In this document: piece by piece, positions 27,637-34,630 of the stretch
Layout: each line of letters opens with the position of its first letter
How positions within the stretch are numbered: the stretch's first letter is position 1
Assembly (NCBI GenBank): GCA_014361165.1
Contig: JACIWD010000079.1
Coordinates: forward strand, 1 to 34,630
Reading direction: 5' to 3'
From: Candidatus Mnemosynella bozhongmuii
GTDB lineage: Archaea > Halobacteriota > Archaeoglobi > Mnemosynellales > Mnemosynellaceae
Length of the DNA stretch: 34,630 nt
The notes under the pieces: model-generated
Database searches by the model: none
The model's input: only the letters and a program-made list of their open reading frames with translations
Told to the model about the DNA's origin: nothing
Made by a program: the position numbers and the translations under genes

Positions 27637-27650
27637 CGATGCCTCCCGTT

Positions 27651-28020
27651 ATTCACAGGTGCTATCCATCCCCTCGTGAAATGTCTTTTTGTGAATCTGT
27701 TAATTATCTTTAGAGGAGCTAATATATAAATTTTTTCTGAAAATAGCTGTGAATAGGTGTGTTCATCTATTTATCAACATCCAAATCTTCTTTCTTATCA
27801 ATCATAAGCTCAAAAGCAGGTTTAATTTTTCCATCATTTGACAAAATTTTGTGAAATAGTGAAAGGATGAAGTTCTGTTCATGAGAGAATTGGAGAAAGA
27901 CTCTTTATCTTCATTTTTCAAGGTGATTTCACCATAAAAATTCGTATGAAAGGCTTTTCGAAACAAACACTTCAAAGTTTTCAGAGATTTTCTGTATCAG
28001 CCGTTCACAGAGATGTGAAG
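27651..28020. promoter_or_regulatory. Cluster of (T)GTGAA(A)T-type motifs in a 423-bp AT-rich divergent intergenic region
   Basis: TGTGAA hexamer at 27651-58(-), 27689-96(+), 27747-54(+), 27849-56(+), 28003-10(-) and 28013-20(+). Related sites: CGTGAAAT at 27675-82 and the palindrome GGTGAtTTCACC at 27922-33. A TATA-like AATATATAAA lies at 27721-30. Confidence 0.3.
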
Positions 28021-28059
28021 CAATCGGAATGAAAGATTTATTGCTCTGAAAAGATAAAG

Positions 28060-28767
28060 ATGGGATGCATGAGGGTTGCTCTAATAACAGTTGGAGATGA
28101 GATTCTCTCCGGAGATATAGAGAACACAAACGCAACCTGGATTGCAAGAAAACTCAAAGAACTTGGTTCTTCTCTCATCAAAATCTCCGTTGTTCCGGAT
28201 GATGTGGAAATGATTGCAGAGGAAATAAGGAGCATTGAGGCGGATTACATAATCGTCACCGGAGGTCTCGGAACAACTCCGGATGATGTCACGAGAGAGG
28301 GTGTTGCAAAGGCGCTGAATCTTGAGATGAGGCTCAATCAGGAAGCTCTGGAATGCATGAAAAAATACATTGAAAAATACGGGTTGAGTGAGCAGATAAA
28401 GAAAATGGCAACCCTTCCAGAAGGCTCAAAGGTCATCTGCAACAGAGTCGGTGCCGCTCCCGGTTTCATAGTTCAAAACATCGTGGTTCTTCCCGGAGTT
28501 CCGAAGGAGATGACTTCAATGTTCGAGGAAATCTCAGAGCTTTTCAGAGGGGAAAGGGAGATAACCAGAGAAGTTGTCACAACCGCAAGAGAGATGAGGA
28601 TAACAGAACTTCTTGAAGAACTGACCAGAACCTTTCAGGATGTTAAAATAGGATCCTATCCCAAGGAGAACTCTGTAAAAATTAAGATAACCGGAAGAGA
28701 TGAGAAAAGAGTTCAGGAAGTTTGCAACATTCTGAGAGAGAGGCTGAAGGAGTATGAGATGTCCTGA
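28060..28767 (+). CDS. CinA-N-terminal-like / MoaB-Mog-type molybdopterin-binding (MoCF) domain protein
   Basis: MRVALITVGDEILSGDIENTNATWIARKL...IIVTGGLGTTPDDVTREG...LPGVPKEM matches the COG1058/CinA N-domain pattern. ATG 28069 (MRVALI) is an equally likely start. Confidence 0.8.
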   Translation: MGCMRVALITVGDEILSGDIENTNATWIARKLKELGSSLIKISVVPDDVEMIAEEIRSIEADYIIVTGGLGTTPDDVTREGVAKALNLEMRLNQEALECMKKYIEKYGLSEQIKKMATLPEGSKVICNRVGAAPGFIVQNIVVLPGVPKEMTSMFEEISELFRGEREITREVVTTAREMRITELLEELTRTFQDVKIGSYPKENSVKIKITGRDEKRVQEVCNILRERLKEYEMS

Positions 28768-28873
28768 AGATGGAGCACCGATGATACTTCTCTTCCGCGG
28801 TGTAAGAGGAACTCTTGTGTATGTCTGCCCGAACTGTGGAAGAAGGGTGGAGGTTAAGGATCAGTCTTTGTAA
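28754..28873 (+). CDS. Candidate small zinc-ribbon protein, 39 aa (below the ORF-track threshold)
   Basis: My translation: MRCPEDGAPMILLFRGVRGTLVYVCPNCGRRVEVKDQSL*. It has two CPxxG knuckles 20 residues apart. It overlaps the CinA-like stop by 14 nt and the convergent argB 3' end by 13 nt. Confidence 0.4.
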   Translation: MRCPEDGAPMILLFRGVRGTLVYVCPNCGRRVEVKDQSL

Positions 28874-29739
28874 ACCATCGTCCCTATCCCCTCATCTGTG
28901 AAGAGTTCGAGAAGAAGGGCATGGGGCACCGCCCCGTTAATGATGTGTCCCTTTTCAACCCCTCCTTTCAGAGCACTGATTATGCTCTCGCACTTCGGAA
29001 TCATGCCTCCCTGAATGCTTCCGCTCTTCATCATCTCCTCAAGCTCTCTGAGAGAGATCTTCTTTATAAGCGTTGAAGGATCTTTCGGATCTCTCATCAG
29101 ACCGTCCACATCTGTCATCGAAATGATTTTCTTTGCTTTGAGAACACCTGCAAGTTCTCCTGCGACGGTATCCGCATTTATATTCAGATTATTTCCATTT
29201 CTGTCCACGGCTATTGGCGAAATCACGGGTATGTATTCATTTTCAATCATGATGGAGACGATTTCGGGATTTATCTTCTCTATCTCTCCGACAAGACCGT
29301 AATCAACCTCAACAACTTTCCCTTCGACAACCATTTTCTTCGGTGCCTTCTTCCTCGCAACTATGAGCATTCCATCCTTTCCAGAGAGTCCGACGCCCTT
29401 CTCTCCATATTTGCTTATAAGCGAAACAATTTTCGAATTTATGTTCCCCACAAGCACCATTCTCGCAATTTCGAGAGTCTCCTCATCGGTGACCCTTATT
29501 CCGTGAACAAACTCCGGCTTCTTCCCGAATTTCCTCATTTTCTCATCTATTTCAGGCCCTCCCCCATGAACGATGACTGGATGAATTCCGATGTATCTCA
29601 GAAGTATGACATCCTGAATTACGGACTCCATGACGCTGTAATCCGCCATTGCATGGCCTCCGATTTTTATCACCATGACAGAATCGTGAAATTCTCTGAT
29701 GTATGGAAGAGCCTCTATCAGAACCTCTTCTCTCCCCAT
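28861..29739 (-). CDS. argB: Acetylglutamate kinase
   Basis: AAK-family motifs VIKIGGHA, VHGGGPEI, NINADTVAGELA; ArgB length. Confidence 0.93.
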   Translation of the reverse strand: MGREEVLIEALPYIREFHDSVMVIKIGGHAMADYSVMESVIQDVILLRYIGIHPVIVHGGGPEIDEKMRKFGKKPEFVHGIRVTDEETLEIARMVLVGNINSKIVSLISKYGEKGVGLSGKDGMLIVARKKAPKKMVVEGKVVEVDYGLVGEIEKINPEIVSIMIENEYIPVISPIAVDRNGNNLNINADTVAGELAGVLKAKKIISMTDVDGLMRDPKDPSTLIKKISLRELEEMMKSGSIQGGMIPKCESIISALKGGVEKGHIINGAVPHALLLELFTDEGIGTMVYKD

Positions 29740-29748
29740 GATCTCACC

Positions 29749-30891
29749 TCAGGATGTGTATTCCGAGTTTATTTTTATGTATTCATAACTCATGTCGCAT
29801 CCCCATCCCACGGCCTTTTCATCACCCTCGCCAAGATCAACGATTATTCTTAGCTCCTCTCCAATGATGTCCCTTTCAACCTTCTCTTTCGGTGTGCCCC
29901 TGTCATAAACAACTTCGGTTCTCTTTCCATTTGACAGAAATATTCTCAGAAGATTCTCATCCACCTCAACTCCGGAGTTTCCGATTGCGCATGCAATTCT
30001 TCCCCAGTTTGGATCTCTTCCAAAAACAGCCGTTTTAACGAGAGGAGAGCTCAGAATCGTTCTGCAGACTTTCCTTGCATCTTCTCTGCTTTTTGCACCA
30101 CTTACAACGACCTCGATCATGGTTGTTGCACCCTCACCATCTTCGACTATCATCTTAGAGAGCTCAACAGATGCGAGCTTAAGAGCCTCCTCAAATCTCT
30201 CATCCGCCTCAATCTCTTCGGATGTTGACGTCACGAGAACCATGTCATTGGTGCTGGTATCTCCATCTACCACAATCATGTTGAAGCTCTCATCGACAGC
30301 ATTTCTGAGAGCTTTCTCAAGCCTCTTTCCCGGAACCCGGGCATCCACATAGAGGAATGCGAGCATTGTTGCCATCCTCGGTGCAATCATTCCAGCACCT
30401 TTTGCAATTCCAGAAATTCTGTAGTCTCCGAGGTCAACTGTAACGATCTTCTCCCTTTTATCTGTTGTCATGATCGCTCTCGCCGCATCCCTTATACCTT
30501 CAGGAGAGAGCCTCGATGCCGCAATTTCACTCTGTTTCTCTATGAGCTCCATGTCGAGATATCTTCCTATTACTCCTGTTGAGGCAACTCCGATGTTTTC
30601 CGGAGAAGTCCCAAGAAGCTTTGAGGCGATTTCACACATTCTTTCAGCGTCTCTGATTCCCTTCTCTCCTGTGAGAGCGTTTGCGCAGCCCGAGTTTGCG
30701 ATTATTCCATCCAGATATCCGTCTGCGATGTTCCTCTTTGTCACCTTAACAGGAGCCGCACAGAGAGCATTGGTTGTGAAGACTCCTGCAGAAGTGCCCG
30801 AAGCCTTCACAAGCGCAACTCCATACTTCCCTTCCTTAACTCCGCCTGCAAGAACTCCTTTAGCGGTAAATTCGCCTCTTATGACCTTCAT
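29749..30891 (-). CDS. argJ: Bifunctional ornithine acetyltransferase / N-acetylglutamate synthase
   Basis: GFTAKGV-type N-terminus (EFTAKGVLAGGVKEG), autoproteolysis site PRMATMLAF, and C-terminal SYEYIKINSEYTS typical of ArgJ. Confidence 0.93.
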   Translation of the reverse strand: MKVIRGEFTAKGVLAGGVKEGKYGVALVKASGTSAGVFTTNALCAAPVKVTKRNIADGYLDGIIANSGCANALTGEKGIRDAERMCEIASKLLGTSPENIGVASTGVIGRYLDMELIEKQSEIAASRLSPEGIRDAARAIMTTDKREKIVTVDLGDYRISGIAKGAGMIAPRMATMLAFLYVDARVPGKRLEKALRNAVDESFNMIVVDGDTSTNDMVLVTSTSEEIEADERFEEALKLASVELSKMIVEDGEGATTMIEVVVSGAKSREDARKVCRTILSSPLVKTAVFGRDPNWGRIACAIGNSGVEVDENLLRIFLSNGKRTEVVYDRGTPKEKVERDIIGEELRIIVDLGEGDEKAVGWGCDMSYEYIKINSEYTS

Positions 30892-30900
30892 CCGCTCACC

Positions 30901-31902
30901 TCATGGATACAGGGGAGGATTCCACAAGCCAGCTTTCTCATCAATTCCGAACATGAGATTCATGTTCTGGACCGCCTGACCTGCACCTCCCTTCACAAGA
31001 TTGTCGATTGCGGAGAGGACAACAACTCTCTGAGACTCCTCATCCAGCTCCCATCCTATGTCGCAGAAGTTGGAGCCTCTTACAGAATTCAGAGTCGGAA
31101 GCCTCACGAATCTGATGAAGAAGCAGTCACCATACATTCTTTCATAAGCTTCTTTAATTTCCTCCTCTGAGAGAGGTTCCTTCAGCAGAACATGAGCGGT
31201 TGTAAGGATTCCGCGGATGGATGGAATGACATGGGGTGTGAAATGAATTTTCACATCTCCAAATCTTCCGAGCTCATGAATCATTTCTGCCCGATGCCTG
31301 TGTCTCGTGATTCCGTAAGCAATGATGTTCTCCGCAAGATTTGGATAATGAGATCTCTCACTTGGCTCATTTCCGGCTCCGGAGATTCCGGATTTTGAGT
31401 CAAAGATGATTTCCCTCACAACTCCTTTCTTCACGAGCGGTGCAACCGAAAGAATTGCTCCTGTCGGATAGCATCCGGGATTGGCAACAAGCTCTGCTTT
31501 CCTGACTTCAGGGTGGATTTCGGGAAGTCCGTAAACGGCTTCGAGATATCCTCTGTGCTCGATTCCGTAGACCTTCTCATATACTTCCTTTGGAAGCCTG
31601 TAATCTGCACTGAGGTCTATGACTCTGAGCCCGATCTCTCTCAGCTCGGGAACATATTCCATTGCCTTTCCGTGCGGAACAGATGTGAAGACAACATCCA
31701 GTTCTGAGAGCTCTTTCAAATCAGGATCTGAAAATCTCAGATCTGTTAATCCCTTGAAAGCCGGATAGACCTCTGAAAGTTTCCTGTCCTTAAACCTTCT
31801 TGATGTTATCACTCTGAGCTCAGCTTCAGGATGTCTGAGGAGAAGTCTTATCAGTTCGATTCCGATATATCCGGATGCCCCTATCACACCCACCTTTAGC
31901 AT
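30901..31902 (-). CDS. argC: N-acetyl-gamma-glutamyl-phosphate reductase
   Basis: GASGYIGIELIRLL Rossmann N-terminus, active-site ANPGCYPTG, and C-terminal DNLVKGGAGQAVQNMNLM. Confidence 0.93.
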   Translation of the reverse strand: MLKVGVIGASGYIGIELIRLLLRHPEAELRVITSRRFKDRKLSEVYPAFKGLTDLRFSDPDLKELSELDVVFTSVPHGKAMEYVPELREIGLRVIDLSADYRLPKEVYEKVYGIEHRGYLEAVYGLPEIHPEVRKAELVANPGCYPTGAILSVAPLVKKGVVREIIFDSKSGISGAGNEPSERSHYPNLAENIIAYGITRHRHRAEMIHELGRFGDVKIHFTPHVIPSIRGILTTAHVLLKEPLSEEEIKEAYERMYGDCFFIRFVRLPTLNSVRGSNFCDIGWELDEESQRVVVLSAIDNLVKGGAGQAVQNMNLMFGIDEKAGLWNPPLYP

Positions 31903-31943
31903 AGCATAGCATTTTTATTTCCCTCAAATAATAATCTTTTGGG

Positions 31944-33320
31944 ATGCAGAGTTTTCTCGATGTTGCAGAGAGATGTGCTGAAAGGATAAAAAGAAGCTCT
32001 GAAGTCCTTGTTGTTTCGCACATAGATGCGGATGGTCTCACTTCAGCCTCAATCATCTGCAAGGCTCTTGAGAGATGTGGAATTGATTACTCTGTGAGAT
32101 TTGTGAAACAGCTTGAGGAGAGGGTTCTGGAAGAGCTCAAAGATGAGAACCCGGAGACGATTGTCTTCACGGATCTCGGAAGCGGAATGGCATCCGAAAT
32201 CTCCTCTGGATTTGAAGAACCCGTGATCCTTGATCATCATCAGGTGAAGGGTGAGGCTTTCAGGTATCATCTGAATCCCCATCTCTTTGGATTTAACGGA
32301 AGCACGGATATAAGCGGAGCTGGAGTTGCCTATTTTGTCGCAACATGCATGAGCGAGAATTACGATCTCTCAGCTCTAGCCGTGGTTGGGGCTCTTGGAG
32401 ACCTTCAGCATGTGAAAGAGGGAAGACTGAGAGCTCTGAACAGAATCATTGTTGATGAGGGTGTTGAGAAGGGTTTCCTTGAGGTGAAGAGAGACATCCT
32501 TCTTTTCGGAAAACAAACAAGACCGGTTTTTAAGATGCTCGAGTTTTCCTCGGATCCTTTCATCCCCGGAATCACAGGGTCAGAGCGAGGGGCAATCGAA
32601 TTTCTCACTTCTCTCGGAATACCCCTTAAAGATGACAGGTGGAGAAGGTGGATAGATCTGAGGGAGGAGGAGAAAAGGAAGATCGTATCAGCTCTGATCG
32701 AGAGGCTCATATCATTTGGAGAGAGTCCGAAGGCAATAGAAAGGCTCTTTGGCGAGGTTTACATTCTTCTGAGGGAGGAAGAGGGAACCGAACTCAGGGA
32801 TGCGATGGAATTTTCAACCCTTCTGAACGCAACCGCGAGATATGATGAAGCTGAAATCGGACTGAGGGTGTGCATGGGGGACAGAGGAGATGCTCTCAGA
32901 AGAGCGAGAACTCTTTTAAATGAGCACAGAAGAAATCTTGTCAACGGACTGAAATTCGTGATTGAAGGGGGAATTCAGGAGATGGAGAATCTTCGCTATT
33001 TCCATGCCGGAGAAGCGATAAGAGACACGATTGTAGGGATTGTCGCGGGAATGACTCTCAACTCGCATGTGAAAGGAGATAAACCGATTGTGGCGTTTGC
33101 GGAGAGTGAAGAAGGTATAAAGGTCTCCGCACGCGGAACCATGGAACTGGTGAGCAGAGGTCTGAATCTGGGAGAGGCGATGAAAATAGCTTCCCAGGCA
33201 GTTGGAGGGACGGGCGGAGGACACGATATAGCGGCGGGTGCGCTGATACCCAGAGGAAGAGAGAGAGAATTTCTCGAAAATTTGAACAGGATAATAGGGA
33301 GGCAAATGAGAGATGAGTGA
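31944..33320 (+). CDS. DHH/DHHA1-family RecJ-like nuclease (archaeal RecJ/GAN/Cdc45-related)
   Basis: DHH motifs VVSHIDADGLTSASI, FTDLG, ILDHHQ, GALGD; DHHA1 GGGHDIAAGA. Confidence 0.85.
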   Translation: MQSFLDVAERCAERIKRSSEVLVVSHIDADGLTSASIICKALERCGIDYSVRFVKQLEERVLEELKDENPETIVFTDLGSGMASEISSGFEEPVILDHHQVKGEAFRYHLNPHLFGFNGSTDISGAGVAYFVATCMSENYDLSALAVVGALGDLQHVKEGRLRALNRIIVDEGVEKGFLEVKRDILLFGKQTRPVFKMLEFSSDPFIPGITGSERGAIEFLTSLGIPLKDDRWRRWIDLREEEKRKIVSALIERLISFGESPKAIERLFGEVYILLREEEGTELRDAMEFSTLLNATARYDEAEIGLRVCMGDRGDALRRARTLLNEHRRNLVNGLKFVIEGGIQEMENLRYFHAGEAIRDTIVGIVAGMTLNSHVKGDKPIVAFAESEEGIKVSARGTMELVSRGLNLGEAMKIASQAVGGTGGGHDIAAGALIPRGREREFLENLNRIIGRQMRDE

Positions 33321-34191
33321 GAGTGTGAGAGAGTTTCTTGAACTGATGAGAGAGGTGTTCAGAGTTAATGGATATGAGGTGAGAAATGACGAGGTCTTTG
33401 ATTTTCTTGCGGTGAATGAAAAAGAGGAGCTGGGAATAGTAATTCTGGAGAGGATAGGCCCGAAGGAGCTTTCGAGAATTAAGAGGCTCGATGGAAAAAT
33501 TCTTCTGATAACCCCCGGAAGAATTCCGGAGAATGTGAGAGAGGAGATTGAAAGATCTGTTTATGAAATATGGGACAGGGAGAGGCTTGAGAGAGAGATC
33601 GGAAGAGCGATTCTGAAAGAGCTTTTCGGAGAGGAGGAGATTGAGGAGAGAGGAAATTACGTGAAGCTCTGCGTTTCCGAGCAAGACGCCATGTGGATAT
33701 GCAGAAGTCTCTTTGGAAGATGTGACGGTGCATTTCTCCGTTATGTTCCCTTCTGGATTTACGAGTATGAGGTCAGAGGATTCAGAGAGCATGATGGAGA
33801 GGTCATAAAAATTTCAGGTGGCGGAACAGGTGCTCTGAATGCGGTGACTGGAGAGAACTACTGGATAAACATGAAGGGTGCTGAAAGGTCTGAAAAAGCT
33901 GAAGGAGAAGTTCTCCAGCCAGAAATTGATTATGAGAGGGCTCTGAGAGAGGTGAAGAAGAGAATAAAAGAGAGACATGTTGTGAGAAGGAATTTCAACA
34001 GAGTGGTGAGGGACTCCCTGATTTCTGAGGTCAGAAAATTTCATCCGGAGGATGAGGAAATAGAACTTGAAATGGAGCTCCTCTACATTCCTGTCTGGGA
34101 GGTCAGATACAGGGACAGAAGAATCGAATTAAACGGTTATAATGGAGAACCTTTTGAAGAGATTCAGGCAAAAGATGTTGAATTCATCTGA
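33313..34191 (+). CDS. Hypothetical protein (292 aa), overlapping the RecJ-like gene by 8 nt
   Basis: Coding-like composition and translational coupling. The N-terminal ~70 aa resembles a small Hjc/Mrr-type endonuclease fold (EF..L....GYEV....DFLAV....LGIVILER) but lacks the ExK lysine. The C-terminal part carries two Y[VI]P[FV]W strands. Confidence 0.6.
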   Translation: MSESVREFLELMREVFRVNGYEVRNDEVFDFLAVNEKEELGIVILERIGPKELSRIKRLDGKILLITPGRIPENVREEIERSVYEIWDRERLEREIGRAILKELFGEEEIEERGNYVKLCVSEQDAMWICRSLFGRCDGAFLRYVPFWIYEYEVRGFREHDGEVIKISGGGTGALNAVTGENYWINMKGAERSEKAEGEVLQPEIDYERALREVKKRIKERHVVRRNFNRVVRDSLISEVRKFHPEDEEIELEMELLYIPVWEVRYRDRRIELNGYNGEPFEEIQAKDVEFI

Positions 34192-34208
34192 AAGAAATTA
34201 AGAAAAAA

Positions 34209-34231
34209 GATGAGGATGTTTAATCCTCATC
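34209..34231. terminator. Perfect 9-bp inverted repeat (GATGAGGAT-gttta-ATCCTCATC) between convergent genes
   Basis: Read directly from the sequence. The right arm overlaps the last codons and stop of the thermosome gene. Function as a bidirectional terminator is inference. Confidence 0.3.
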
Positions 34232-34630
34232 GCTGCTGCTCTCGAAGTCCTCAGGTCCTTCTTTGCCTTCCTTGCCCTTCTTCTCCTCTCCTGCAGCAGC
34301 TATGACGTCATCGATTCTCAGAATCATCACAGCCGCCTCAGTCGCCGAGCGAATCGCCTGGGTCTTTGATCTCAGAGGTTCAACGACTCCTTCCTTGAGC
34401 ATGTCAACGACTTCGCCTGTGAAGACATTCAGACCAGCGGACTTCTCTCCTCTCTCGTGAGCGGCCTTCAGATCGACTATTGCATCGATTGGATCAAGTC
34501 CTGCGTTCTCTGCGAGGGTCTTCGGAATGATTTCCATTGCCTCCGCAAATGCCTCGGCTGCGAGCTGCTCTCTTCCTGAGAGAGTTGCGGCAAACTCTCT
34601 CAGTCTGAGGGAGAGCTCTATCTCCGGAGC
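34220..34630 (-). CDS. ths: Thermosome (group II chaperonin) subunit, 3' part only; continues beyond the right edge
   Basis: ...[42 protein letters not shown]...[31 protein letters not shown] followed by an acidic/Lys tail. The frame is open from 34630 down to the stop at 34220; the listed Met (34537) is internal. Confidence 0.9.
   Translation of the reverse strand, partial: APEIELSLRLREFAATLSGREQLAAEAFAEAMEIIPKTLAENAGLDPIDAIVDLKAAHERGEKSAGLNVFTGEVVDMLKEGVVEPLRSKTQAIRSATEAAVMILRIDDVIAAAGEEKKGKEGKEGPEDFESSSDED

Noticed and set aside
27637-28059. Possibility that the AT-rich gap is a replication origin (ORB/mini-ORB elements).
   Set aside because: There is no adjacent orc1/cdc6 gene, no recognisable ORB consensus (GTTCCAGTGGAAAC-like) and no long duplex-unwinding element flanked by inverted ORBs. 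The GTGAA repeats are too short to call ORBs.
27637-28059. C/D-box or H/ACA sRNA in this and the other intergenic gaps (14090-14679, 15940-16277).
   Set aside because: I found no properly spaced RUGAUGA...CUGA box pairs with terminal complementarity. GGATGAAG at 27865-27872 is not a canonical C box.
1-34630. CRISPR arrays, rRNA genes, intact IS elements, tandem repeats.
   Set aside because: I saw no regularly spaced direct repeats, no rRNA-like sequence, and no full-length transposase or terminal inverted repeat pair while reading the window.

Overview
Compact archaeal chromosome segment. Gene content points to a thermophilic euryarchaeon, possibly Archaeoglobi-like: thermosome, L40e, Tsr3, archaeosine genes, GatCAB, GC-rich tRNA stems, AGA/AGG/GAG-rich codon use. 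That assignment is inference only. Most of the window is housekeeping genes in tightly packed, often 1-4 nt overlapping chains. (i) 244-4649 (+): cupin, DUF554 membrane protein, LutA/LutB-like Fe-S proteins, a small ORF, a Mut7-C/PIN-like nuclease and a TIM-barrel isomerase. (ii) 13777-4630 (-): purB, an AsnB-like protein, gatC, gatA, gatB, topA, a DUF1786-like ASKHA protein, tsr3 and rpl40e. (iii) 27636-22541 (-): a wHTH protein, a PK_C-like protein, then tgtA, arcS and raSEA (the archaeosine pathway). (iv) 31902-28861 (-): argC, argJ, argB. (v) a RecJ-like DHH nuclease with an overlapping hypothetical gene, and the 3' part of a thermosome gene at the right edge. The accessory part lies between tRNA-Ser(UGA) at 13879-13964 and about 21.25 kb. 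It holds an orphan RHH gene overlapping the tRNA antisense, a secreted protein carrying both a cohesin and a dockerin, and a visibly AT-rich patch. That patch contains a frameshifted PD-(D/E)xK (DUF6602-like) nuclease gene and a transposase C-terminal remnant. Next come an orphan CheY-like receiver and a five-gene operon of type IV pilin-like (class III signal peptide-like), sequon-rich proteins, with no assembly ATPase, platform protein or peptidase in the window. I saw no CRISPR array, rRNA or intact IS. All family assignments come from reading motifs in the translations; no searches were run.
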